Source of the DNA: Rhizobiaceae bacterium
GTDB lineage: Bacteria > Pseudomonadota > Alphaproteobacteria > Rhizobiales > Rhizobiaceae
Reading direction: 5' to 3'
NCBI GenBank assembly: GCA_965140455.1
Contig: OZ223237.1
Span: 1,255,646-1,319,645 of the forward strand
DNA: 64,000 nucleotides
Under the pieces are notes generated by a model. That model did no database searches and had not been told where the DNA came from. It saw nothing but the letters and a program-made list of their open reading frames with translations. A program made the translations under genes and the position numbers. This document shows, one piece after another, positions 40,943-49,898 of this stretch. Every line of letters begins with the position of its first letter. Within the stretch, counting starts at the first letter, position 1.

Positions 40943-41910
40943 TCCCAATAAACTTAATACAATCTACTGCTGAAACTCTCATGGACAAAGCGGCAATCGA
41001 AATCCCGCAAGATTATCTAGATGGTTTGAAGGCGGCTGCGAACACGGAAGATGGTGAATTATCATCGTTCGTCCTTCAAGCGATGTTGGAAAACTATGAA
41101 GCAGCCAAGGAAGATCGCCGTGCCATGTGTGGTGATACCGGCGTGCCGCGTTGGTTTGTAAAAATGGGCAATGAGGCTTCTATTGAAGGTGGCATGATTG
41201 CACTTGAAGCTGCTCTACGCCGCGCGACTGCTAACGCGACAAATGGAGTTCCACTTAGACCCAACCGCGTACATCCCTTGTGGCGCACAGACCATGACAA
41301 TAATGTTGGTATCGGAGCACCTGAAATTGAATATGGTTTTGAACCGACCACTGGCGGGGAAAAGGCTGACTGGATTGATTTGATTACGGTGCATAAGGGT
41401 GGTCTCTTCGGAACAGATTATCGAATGCTTTTCCCCTCCGATGGTATTGAAGGCATTAAGCGGTTTTATCTGGACAGCTTAATGGCATTTGGAAAGCGTG
41501 GTCTTTCCTGCCAGCCAGCAATAATTGGGATTGGCCTTGGTGGATCAAAAGATATATGCATGACTTTAGGCAAACGTGCTTCAACCTTACGCATTGTCGG
41601 TAGTCGAAATTCTGATCCGCGCATCGCTGAAATGGAAGATGAGTTCAAGGAACTCGGCAACTCCATCGGCATGGGCGCGATGGGGTTTGTCGGAAAAAAT
41701 ATGGTGATTGATTGTAATATTGAAGTTGGCTATTGCCACACTGGCGGTATGCCAATGTCAGTCCATGCATTCTGTTTATCATCTCGCCGCGCGGTAGCTC
41801 GCATCTTCCCCGATGGCCGTGTAGAGCACCGCACTGATCCGGATTGGTTTACGCCATATCAACGGCGTGAAACCGTCGAATGGGAACCTCTTAGGGAGGC
41901 TGCTGAATGA
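40939..41910 (+). CDS. Fe-S type hydro-lyase alpha subunit (class I fumarate hydratase / tartrate dehydratase family, N-terminal domain type)
   Basis: 323 aa. MCGDTG (cluster Cys in the CxDTG motif), CQPAIIGIGLGG. ATGA overlap with the flavoprotein gene. Confidence 0.8.
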   Translation: MIPINLIQSTAETLMDKAAIEIPQDYLDGLKAAANTEDGELSSFVLQAMLENYEAAKEDRRAMCGDTGVPRWFVKMGNEASIEGGMIALEAALRRATANATNGVPLRPNRVHPLWRTDHDNNVGIGAPEIEYGFEPTTGGEKADWIDLITVHKGGLFGTDYRMLFPSDGIEGIKRFYLDSLMAFGKRGLSCQPAIIGIGLGGSKDICMTLGKRASTLRIVGSRNSDPRIAEMEDEFKELGNSIGMGAMGFVGKNMVIDCNIEVGYCHTGGMPMSVHAFCLSSRRAVARIFPDGRVEHRTDPDWFTPYQRRETVEWEPLREAAE

Positions 41911-42575
41911 CGAAACTTCGCGAAATTCGATTATCTACTACACCTTCTGCAGAAGATGTTGCCGATCTGCGATTAGGCGATATCGTCTATCTCGATGGGT
42001 TGATGTATACCGCTAGGGAAGGCGTATATATGCGTGCACTTGATGACAAAGCCAATATCCCGATGGAATTGCCATCTAAGTCTGCTGCAAATTTTCATTG
42101 TTCACCAGCAGCCCGAATTAACGAAGACGGTTCCTTCGATATGGGTGCTGTAACCGCAACAGCCTCATTCCGGTTCGCAAAGTGGCTGCCGGAATGGATG
42201 GCGAAAACAGGTGCCAAGCTCATCGTTGGTAAAGGAGGCATGTCCTCCAAAGATTACAAAGATTATTTTGTGCCCAATGGTGCAGTTTATCTTTCCACTG
42301 TTGGTTACGGCACAGGCGCTCTGCTTGGCCGCGGTGTTGAAAATGTGGAAGCTGTTCACTGGAATGAGGAATTGGGTTTGGCTCAAGCCATGTGGGTCAT
42401 CAAATGCAATCGGATGGGACCTTTTATTGTCGCTTCGGACTTAAACGGTGATTGTCTGTTTGAACGTGAAAATGCAAAGATCGCGCAAAACATAGACAAA
42501 ATCTACGAAGGCACAAAGCCTGCAGTTCTGAAACGCTATGGCGAGAGTGACGACAGATCAGAAGAAGTGATCTAG
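41907..42575 (+). CDS. Fe-S type hydro-lyase beta subunit (fumarase C-terminal domain type)
   Basis: 222 aa. GDIVYLDGLMYTAREGVYMR and KLIVGKGGMS resemble the TtdB/FumB-C-domain family. ATGA overlap with the alpha subunit. Confidence 0.8.
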   Translation: MTKLREIRLSTTPSAEDVADLRLGDIVYLDGLMYTAREGVYMRALDDKANIPMELPSKSAANFHCSPAARINEDGSFDMGAVTATASFRFAKWLPEWMAKTGAKLIVGKGGMSSKDYKDYFVPNGAVYLSTVGYGTGALLGRGVENVEAVHWNEELGLAQAMWVIKCNRMGPFIVASDLNGDCLFERENAKIAQNIDKIYEGTKPAVLKRYGESDDRSEEVI

Positions 42576-43453
42576 CCCGACGAATTTTCTACAGTATCAA
42601 TAAGAGACTGATACAGTGCATCAATTGCCTGCATTTTCAATTGATCTTCTAGATAGACCAATCCAAGTTCTCGCTTTGGTGCATCTGAACCAAGACTTAT
42701 ACGTTTTACAGGGACGCTCTCAAACGGTTTCACTGCAAGGTCGGGAACAATTGAAACACCCAGGTTGGAGTGTACCATACTTGCAATTGCCTCGGGGCTA
42801 TCCAATTCCATCGTTTCGGTGACGCGAATGCGTTTCGATAATATCCAGTTGTCAATCAAAGTGCCCACAACAGCGCTGCGGTTAAATCTGATATAGGGTC
42901 TGTTTTTCAAAAGACTTATAGGGTCTCTTTCTGATTCTTCGGGTGCAGCAATCAATTGCATGGGTTCTTCTGTAATTTCGCGAAATACAACATTGATTGG
43001 CATCAGATGTGGCTTGGTAACAATGGCAACATCAATCGCTCCTCGCTCAACTTCTGCTAATAGCGTGCCGGTTAGTCCTGGCCGGATATGAAGTTTTACT
43101 TCGGGAAACCTGTTTTTGAGGGCAGCCATCGCTCGTGGGGTTAATCCGGTAAGAGTTGTACGCAGCGCCCCCAATCGGATCACGCCACTCAAACCTCCAT
43201 CACTTAGTACCGAGGGTGCAAGATTATCGTAGTCTGCAATTAGTTTGCGTGCCTTTACCACAATCTGTTGAGCTAAAGGTGTTAATTCAGGCGTTCTTTT
43301 CTCGCGATTAAACAGTGTAACGCCGAGATCAGCTTCCAGGGTTTGCATTTGTTGACTAACCGCTGCATGTGTAACATGTACAATTTCAGCCGCAGCACTA
43401 AAAGTTTTAGCATCAGCTATCGCGACTAGTGTTCGAAGCAGTCGTATGGTCAT
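42572..43453 (-). CDS. LysR-family transcriptional regulator
   Basis: 293 aa. HTH LRTLVAIADAKTFSAAAEIVHVTHAAVSQQMQTLE. Convergent with the hydro-lyase beta gene; the two stops share the CTAG at 42572-42575. Confidence 0.9.
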   Translation of the reverse strand: MTIRLLRTLVAIADAKTFSAAAEIVHVTHAAVSQQMQTLEADLGVTLFNREKRTPELTPLAQQIVVKARKLIADYDNLAPSVLSDGGLSGVIRLGALRTTLTGLTPRAMAALKNRFPEVKLHIRPGLTGTLLAEVERGAIDVAIVTKPHLMPINVVFREITEEPMQLIAAPEESERDPISLLKNRPYIRFNRSAVVGTLIDNWILSKRIRVTETMELDSPEAIASMVHSNLGVSIVPDLAVKPFESVPVKRISLGSDAPKRELGLVYLEDQLKMQAIDALYQSLIDTVENSSG

Positions 43454-43769
43454 GAGAATCTCAAATTACTGAAAGTTTTTCTTTAGATATATGAAAAGGA
43501 AATTCACCTTCTCAAAGAATCGCTTACGTCCAAACTGAAGTCAAGGTAGCAGAAATCGGTATCGTGATACTTGTCGCAAACGATGTCATCGTAATTCTTC
43601 TGGTTTCGCTTTGATCCGTTCTCATTGTTGCAATGATCGATGAAACGTCCGATCCACACTTCCAAATTACGAACCGGAAGTAGTTCGCCAACAGGTTACG
43701 GTTGTTCGATTTTGCTCTGGCTATGGGGCTGCCTTAGCCTCTTAAAGCTGAACATATAAGATTGTTGTT

Positions 43770-44129
43770 TCAGTCATGGCTCGCACCGTCTGCCCAGTCA
43801 AAGATGTAATCTTCGGGAACTGTTACTTCATCCAAGCATGCAACATTAACAACAATCTGGTCTGGGTAACGGCGACGTTTATGGTGGGTGTAAACGCCGC
43901 AGTTATTGCAGAAGAAATGCTCCGCAATTTGCTTGTTCCATTTATAAGAAAGCAAATTTTCCCCCCCAGTGACGATTTCAAAACAGCTATTATGTTCGGC
44001 TTTCATCATGATGGATTTCTTGCGGCATAGTGTACAATTACATTTGTATATGCCTTCCATAATATCATCTGAGCGAAATTCAAATTTTACGGCGCCGCAA
44101 TGGCATGATCCCTCATATGTTTTCATCAA
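43770..44129 (-). CDS. GFA / CENP-V family zinc protein (glutathione-dependent formaldehyde-activating enzyme-like)
   Basis: 119 aa. Cys pattern CHCGAVKF ... CNCTLCRK ... FCNNCG. Confidence 0.75.
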   Translation of the reverse strand: MMKTYEGSCHCGAVKFEFRSDDIMEGIYKCNCTLCRKKSIMMKAEHNSCFEIVTGGENLLSYKWNKQIAEHFFCNNCGVYTHHKRRRYPDQIVVNVACLDEVTVPEDYIFDWADGASHD

Positions 44130-44181
44130 TGTCTACTCCCTACAACTCCAATCTAGAGCGCCATTATTATCAGAGCAATTT

Positions 44182-45225
44182 CTATTCACCGGCGGCAAGG
44201 TCAAGGCGCAGTGGGCCAACTGAACTTCGGACTACCAGTTCAGGCTTGCAGCACAGGCTGGTGACAGGTTGCCGCTCCATGATGGCTGAAGAAAGCTTTT
44301 CGCCTGCCGTTGTTCCAATGAAACTGGCCGGTAAACGGACAGTCGTAAGCGAAGGCTCGAGGTGTTGGTAAGCCCGAAAGTCACCGATCCCCGATATTGA
44401 AACGTCGCGCGGGACCTTCAGGCCCAGACTGACCGCACAACTGATAACGCCCCAGGCAAGCACATCATTGCCACAGATTACTGCGCTTGGCCGGGACGGA
44501 CCTTCAAAAAGTTGAAGTGCCCGGTCCTTGGCAACCGAAACGCTGTAGGGCACGTCCAGACACCACTCTGGGGGAACATTGATTTTGTCCGCCTCCAGCA
44601 CCTGTTGGACGCCTTCGAAACGGTCAGAGGCCCTGTCGTTGCCTTCCAAGGGTGGGAAAACTAGCGCCACATCGCGATGCCCCTCTGCCAACACATGCGT
44701 AGCGATCATCCGCCCGGCATCGACGTTGTTGGCCCCAACGCAAGGAAGCGATGTTTCCTTGTCATAGTTCCACAAAATGATTGATGGAGTGTCGTTACTG
44801 GCGAGCAGGTCGAAAGTTTCCGCTGCATGGGCAGTGCCTATCAGCGCCACACCATCGACCCTGTGTTCCAGCAATTTGCGTAGGACGCGATACTCGCGAT
44901 GCAGGTCATAGCCGTGGGTGGCCAGCAATATCGTGAAGCCCCGCTGATCAACCGATTCAGAGAAAGCCTGGACAAGTTCGGCGAAGATCGTATGGTCGAT
45001 TGTCGGCACGATCAGACCGATTGTGGCACTGCGAATGCCGTGGATCATCTGTGCGCCGCGGTTGCGAATATAGCCCAGTCGACGCACCACTGAATCAATC
45101 TTTTTGCGGGTCGCTGGCTTGACCAGATCAGGATGGTTGAAGCTTCTCGACACCGTTGACGGTGACACATTTGCAGCATTTGCAACAGCGATGATGTCAG
45201 GCTTTTCTTTCTTTTTTTCAACCAT
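44182..45225 (-). CDS. LacI-family transcriptional regulator
   Basis: 347 aa. HTH IAVANAANVSPSTVSRSFN followed by a periplasmic-binding-protein-like sugar/acid sensor fold. Confidence 0.9.
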   Translation of the reverse strand: MVEKKKEKPDIIAVANAANVSPSTVSRSFNHPDLVKPATRKKIDSVVRRLGYIRNRGAQMIHGIRSATIGLIVPTIDHTIFAELVQAFSESVDQRGFTILLATHGYDLHREYRVLRKLLEHRVDGVALIGTAHAAETFDLLASNDTPSIILWNYDKETSLPCVGANNVDAGRMIATHVLAEGHRDVALVFPPLEGNDRASDRFEGVQQVLEADKINVPPEWCLDVPYSVSVAKDRALQLFEGPSRPSAVICGNDVLAWGVISCAVSLGLKVPRDVSISGIGDFRAYQHLEPSLTTVRLPASFIGTTAGEKLSSAIMERQPVTSLCCKPELVVRSSVGPLRLDLAAGE

Positions 45226-45247
45226 TTAAACAGTCATTTTTGCTTAA

Positions 45248-45277
45248 AATGAAAACATTTGCATTACTATTTTCATT
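45248..45277. promoter_or_regulatory. Inverted repeat AATGAAAA-N14-TTTTCATT between the LacI gene and tctC
   Basis: Perfect 8-bp arms in the 129-bp divergent region. The spacing is unusual for LacI operators, so this is weak. Confidence 0.2.
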
Positions 45278-45354
45278 AATTAGAATGATATCTGATGACG
45301 CGCAATAATGCGATCAAAAAAATAATGTGCATCAATCGTTTGGGAGGACGAATT

Positions 45355-46368
45355 ATGAAGAAACTACTTGGAACTGCAGCATTTGCCGCAACACTGCTAG
45401 CGGCAGGGGCAGCCTCTGCTTTTGAATGTAAACGGCCGGAGGCGTCTTTTGACAAGCCGGGCGGCTTTCCGGAACGCGCTCTGACCATGGTCGTACCTTA
45501 TGGACCAGCGGGCGGATCGGGTCAGGTGGCTGCCGCCATGGCAGAGGCTGTGACAGAACTCACCGGCATTCCCATCAACCGTGACCACAAGCCAGGGGGA
45601 TCCGGGACAGTGGGCATGACGGCTTACATGGCTGCTCCTGCTGATGGCTACAACGTGCTTGAGCACATTGACGATGCGTCTTCTGCGCATGCATTGGACT
45701 CTTCACTGCCTAATCCGGCGAAAGATTTGATTCCACTAGTGGTTAGCCAAGTGACATTCAGCCAAATTTACATACGGTCGAATGAAACACGCTTCACCGA
45801 CTGGCCTTCCTTCGTGGAGTGGGTGAAAGCGCAGGATGGAAAAGCAACAATCGCGAACGTGTCAAAAGAAGGCTCTATGGAGCGGGTGACAATGGGCTTT
45901 ATCACCGACGCAACAGGTATGTCGATCCAGCAGATTTCGTTCGACAAGGGTGCCCCGCGTTATGGTGCCTTGCTAGGTGGACAAGTTGATGCCTTGTTCG
46001 AACAACCTGGTGACGTGCGCAACTTCTTGGACGCAGGACAATTCAAGCCGATCCTTACTATCTTTGACGAGCGTCCAGAAGCATTCGCTGACACAATGAC
46101 ACACCGCGAAGCGGGCATGGATTTCGATCCGCTGCTTCGTTTCCGTGGATTTTACGTACATGCTGACGCGCCTGCCGACCGGGTTAACTGGCTGAAATGG
46201 GCGTTCCAGCGCGGCTATTGCGAAGACAGCTATCAGGCGTTCAATGAAAGCAAATTCATGACCGTCATCGACAGCTATCGTGACACCGACGGTGCGAAGG
46301 AACTGATCACACGGTCGGTCGCGCAATACCGCGATGTTTACAAGGCAATGGGCCTGGAAGTTAAGTAA
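45355..46368 (+). CDS. tctC: Tripartite tricarboxylate transporter substrate-binding protein (TctC/Bug family)
   Basis: The track starts at 45295. ATG 45355 follows GGGAGGA and gives the signal peptide MKKLLGTAAFAATLLAAGAASA. VVPYGPAGGSG and KPGGSGTVG match Bug-family motifs. Confidence 0.85.
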   Translation: MKKLLGTAAFAATLLAAGAASAFECKRPEASFDKPGGFPERALTMVVPYGPAGGSGQVAAAMAEAVTELTGIPINRDHKPGGSGTVGMTAYMAAPADGYNVLEHIDDASSAHALDSSLPNPAKDLIPLVVSQVTFSQIYIRSNETRFTDWPSFVEWVKAQDGKATIANVSKEGSMERVTMGFITDATGMSIQQISFDKGAPRYGALLGGQVDALFEQPGDVRNFLDAGQFKPILTIFDERPEAFADTMTHREAGMDFDPLLRFRGFYVHADAPADRVNWLKWAFQRGYCEDSYQAFNESKFMTVIDSYRDTDGAKELITRSVAQYRDVYKAMGLEVK

Positions 46369-46423
46369 GACAACCATGTGACACTTTGCGTGGCGCCATC
46401 AGGCGCCATGCATTTTCTATACC

Positions 46424-46984
46424 TTGGAGGGACACACCTTGGGACGTTTGACACGCACCCATTTAGTTGAGGCAGGAGTCTTTCTGCTGGTTGTTGCGAT
46501 CTTTTTTGGGTTTTCTTTCGAGTTCAATCAGCCCATTGAAATTTATCGCTACGGCGCGACAGCATGGCCTCGAGTTATCATTGGCATTTTGCTGATCGCG
46601 ACGCTTGGGAATATCTGGTTTCAATATAAAAATGGGTCATCTTCGCAAGACACGATAGGCCAAAGTGATGATGGAGCCGATTTCAGCGATCCTGGAACGA
46701 TCAGACGGATGACGGCAGTTCTGCTGACGCCTTTTGTTTTTGCATGGTTACTTAAGCCAGTTGGTATCTATTTTTCCGCTCCCTTTTTTATTGCAGCCAT
46801 TATTTGGCTGTTCGGCGAGCGCCGTTGGAAAGCGATCCTGATCATGACGGTTGTAATTTATTTTCTGTTCATTGGCCTATTCCTTGTCGTTTTGAATGCA
46901 CCGCTGCCGCAGGGCAACGTATCGCCATTCTATGACTATAGTGCATGGGTCTTGAAGATGAACGGTAAACTGCAGGGTCTATGA
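46424..46984 (+). CDS. tctB: Tripartite tricarboxylate transporter small membrane subunit (TctB family)
   Basis: About 180 aa with 4 hydrophobic helices, positioned between tctC and tctA. The start is uncertain (TTG 46424, or TTG 46439 after GGAGGG). Confidence 0.7.
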   Translation: MEGHTLGRLTRTHLVEAGVFLLVVAIFFGFSFEFNQPIEIYRYGATAWPRVIIGILLIATLGNIWFQYKNGSSSQDTIGQSDDGADFSDPGTIRRMTAVLLTPFVFAWLLKPVGIYFSAPFFIAAIIWLFGERRWKAILIMTVVIYFLFIGLFLVVLNAPLPQGNVSPFYDYSAWVLKMNGKLQGL

Positions 46985-46991
46985 GCAAGCC

Positions 46992-48500
46992 ATGATAGAG
47001 AACTTTCTGTCCGGATCCGCAGCCCTTTTTGGGGATCCATTCACCATCGGAATTTTTGTTTTTGGGGTAATCGGCGGCATGCTTTTCGGCGCTATTCCGG
47101 GTGTCAGTATGCTGACGCTTGCTGCGATACTACTGCCATTCACTGCTGCACTTGAACCCTCTCAAGGCGTTATGCTTTTTGCGGTGATCTACTGCACCGG
47201 GACCTATGGCGGTGCGATCACTGCAATTCTGTTCAACATCCCCGGTTCTGCTGAAAACGCACCAACGGCTTTCGACGGCTATCCAATGACCCAAAATGGT
47301 CAATCTGGTAAAGCCGTGGGCGCTGCAGTGTTGTGTTCAGCTATCGGTGGTATAGCTTCTGCTCTGGTGATGATGGCAGCTACCGAACCGCTGGCTAATT
47401 GGGCCATTCGTAATATCGGTCCACCAGAAATTTTCGCACTGGTCTTTTTCGGTTTGGCCGTCGCGTCCTCCATCGGAGCGCGAACCATTTGGAAGGGGTG
47501 GATGTCTGTGCTTATCGGGCTCTTGATCGCAACGATCGGGCAAGACCCGGTGGGTGGAATAAACCGTTACAACTTTGGCCTTACAGATCTCGCCGCCGGG
47601 ATAGCATTTGTACCTGCCATATTGGGCTTCTTTGCCGTTTCAGAGATCTTCGTACAAGCCGAGAAAAAAGCGAGTGGTAAATACAAGGCGCCGAAGGTAT
47701 CTATGTCCTTCCCGTCTTGGCTTGAGCTATGGATACACAAGATTGCAGTCGTCCGATCCATCATAGTCGGATTCCTGTGCGGTATTTTGCCCGGTATCGG
47801 TGCAACATTGGCGGCCTTCATGAGTTATGGTGAAGCCGTTCGCTGGTCCAAAAAACGTGAAGAATTTGGTAAAGGCAAACTTGAAGGCGTGATTTCGGCG
47901 GAGACCGCGAATAATGCTGCCACCGGTGCTGCCATGATCCCGCTATTAGCCTTGGGTCTTCCGGGCGGAGCGCTGACCGCGATGATGGTTGCAGTCTTTC
48001 AGATGCATGATCTGCAACCAGGACCGTTGGTCTTTTTGCTATCGCCAGATCTGATCTGGATTGTCTTCGCGGCAATGTTTTATGCCAACCTTTCGATCTT
48101 GATTATCGGCTTGGTTGAAACCAAAACGATCCTTAACCTTCTCAAGATCCCGTTTCAGTTTCTCGCACCCCTAATCCTAATGCTGGCAACGACCGGCGCC
48201 TATATTGGCCGTGGGTTGGTCCTTGACGTTATTGTCATGTTCCTTGCTGGCATCTTGGGCTATCTGTTGCGCCGTTCCGGGTTTTCCATCCCAGGCATCG
48301 TATTGGGATTGATCTTGGGAAAAATAGGCGAACAAAATTTCGCACAGGGAATGCAGATGGTCCACTACGATCTAGTGACCTACTTCTCGCGCCCGATCTG
48401 CGCAATTCTGATTTTTGCGGGTGTCATTACACTTGGCTCCAGCATATACCGAGCTTTTAGAGCACCAAAACCAAGTCAGCAAAGCACCAGCGAATCTTAA
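46992..48500 (+). CDS. tctA: Tripartite tricarboxylate transporter large permease (TctA family)
   Basis: 502 aa, polytopic. GIFVFGVIGGMLFGAIPGVS and AETANNAATGAAMIPLLALGLPG are typical TctA segments. Confidence 0.9.
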   Translation: MIENFLSGSAALFGDPFTIGIFVFGVIGGMLFGAIPGVSMLTLAAILLPFTAALEPSQGVMLFAVIYCTGTYGGAITAILFNIPGSAENAPTAFDGYPMTQNGQSGKAVGAAVLCSAIGGIASALVMMAATEPLANWAIRNIGPPEIFALVFFGLAVASSIGARTIWKGWMSVLIGLLIATIGQDPVGGINRYNFGLTDLAAGIAFVPAILGFFAVSEIFVQAEKKASGKYKAPKVSMSFPSWLELWIHKIAVVRSIIVGFLCGILPGIGATLAAFMSYGEAVRWSKKREEFGKGKLEGVISAETANNAATGAAMIPLLALGLPGGALTAMMVAVFQMHDLQPGPLVFLLSPDLIWIVFAAMFYANLSILIIGLVETKTILNLLKIPFQFLAPLILMLATTGAYIGRGLVLDVIVMFLAGILGYLLRRSGFSIPGIVLGLILGKIGEQNFAQGMQMVHYDLVTYFSRPICAILIFAGVITLGSSIYRAFRAPKPSQQSTSES

Positions 48501-48512
48501 GAGGATGCAAAA

Positions 48513-49898
48513 ATGAGTGAAGCCGGCATTGAAGCGATCGTTGCACGGGCAAAAGCGGCCCAGTCACGGTACGAGACAGGAGGATCACAATCACGCTACG
48601 ATCGTGCCGCGCAGGCCGTAGCATGGGCAATTATGGAACCAGCTAGGAATCGCGATCTAGCGGAACTTGCCGTGCAGACCACAGGCCTTGGAAATGTGCC
48701 TGACAAAATCACTAAAAACCATCGCAAGACACTCGGGCTGATGCTCGATATTCAAAATGCTAAGACCTTTGGTGTTATATCTGATGATCCGGCAACGGGC
48801 ATAACGGAAATCGCGCGTGCTAAGGGTGTCGTGGCAGCGATAGTACCCTCAACAAATCCTGCCGCCACACCGGCCAACAACATCATCAACGCCCTTAAAT
48901 GCGGCAATGCGATTGTAATCGCACCTTCGCCCAAAGGTGTGGCCTGTGCGGAAAGGTTGTTGGAATATGTGCATGCAGAATTCGCCAAGATCGACGAAGA
49001 TCCGGATCTGGTGCAGATGGTGCCGGCCCCAGGATCAAAAGAAAAGACGCAGGCGTTGATGGAAGCTTGTGACATGATCGTCGCCACCGGTAGCCAAAAC
49101 AACGTACATCGCGCTCAAACCGCAGGCACGCCAGCTGTAGCGGTTGGTGCTGGCAATGTGACGGTGATTGTGGACGAAACCGCCGACCTGGATGCCGCAG
49201 CCGAAAAGATCCGTGCATCGAAGTGCTTTGACAATGCAACCTCTTGCAGCTCAGAAAATTCTGTTGTTGTGGTCGACGCAGTCTATTCTGCCTTTGTTGA
49301 CGCGATGGCGCGGACTGGTGGTGCGCTGGTGGAGGATGAGGCCAGGATCGTTCCCAAGCTTTGGCCTGACGGTCATCTGAACCGTTCAGTGATTGCGCAA
49401 GATGCTGATAAAATGATCGACGCTCTCGATCTTGATGTTCCTGAGGGAACTGACTACATCGCCGTTCCAACAAGCGGCATTGGACCTGACCATCCTTTAT
49501 CGGGAGAGAAGTTAAGCCGAGTTCTTGCGCTGTATCGAGCACCAAATTTCGAAGAAGCCGTATCTGTGACGCGCCGCATTCAAGCTCATCAAGGAGCAGG
49601 TCATTCCGTTGGCCTACACTCCACCGATGAAAGCCGCGCAAGAATCTTGGCGACAGCCATCCCCACCAGCCGCGTGATCGTCAATCAGGCGCACACATTC
49701 GCCACGGGTGGCTCGTTCACAAACGGTATGCCATTTTCGCTGTCCATGGGCTGCGGGACTTGGGGTGGCAATTCGGTCAACGAGAACGTCCATTACCGAC
49801 ACTTCATGCAATCCACAAAGATCATCCGCGAAATACCGTCGCGAGAGCCAAGCCTGAATGAGATCTTTTCTGATTACTGGGATACGGCCGGCCAATGA
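48513..49898 (+). CDS. CoA-acylating aldehyde dehydrogenase (EutE / SucD(Ck) / SauS-like ALDH subfamily)
   Basis: 461 aa. AIVPSTNPAATPANN, catalytic-Cys segment FDNATSCSSENSVVV, and no long N-terminal NAD domain of classical ALDHs. By-eye family assignment. Confidence 0.75.
   Translation: MSEAGIEAIVARAKAAQSRYETGGSQSRYDRAAQAVAWAIMEPARNRDLAELAVQTTGLGNVPDKITKNHRKTLGLMLDIQNAKTFGVISDDPATGITEIARAKGVVAAIVPSTNPAATPANNIINALKCGNAIVIAPSPKGVACAERLLEYVHAEFAKIDEDPDLVQMVPAPGSKEKTQALMEACDMIVATGSQNNVHRAQTAGTPAVAVGAGNVTVIVDETADLDAAAEKIRASKCFDNATSCSSENSVVVVDAVYSAFVDAMARTGGALVEDEARIVPKLWPDGHLNRSVIAQDADKMIDALDLDVPEGTDYIAVPTSGIGPDHPLSGEKLSRVLALYRAPNFEEAVSVTRRIQAHQGAGHSVGLHSTDESRARILATAIPTSRVIVNQAHTFATGGSFTNGMPFSLSMGCGTWGGNSVNENVHYRHFMQSTKIIREIPSREPSLNEIFSDYWDTAGQ

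Noticed and set aside
48895-49641. Long antisense ORFs inside well-supported genes: 248 aa here, plus 10096-10608, 13097-13633, 19974-20471, 52349-52942, 54573-55094, 58305-58853, 58850-59347, 60051-60566 and 61208-61861.
   Set aside because: Each lies opposite a gene with unmistakable family motifs. Their products are Arg/Ser/Pro-rich or otherwise non-protein-like. These are typical shadow ORFs.
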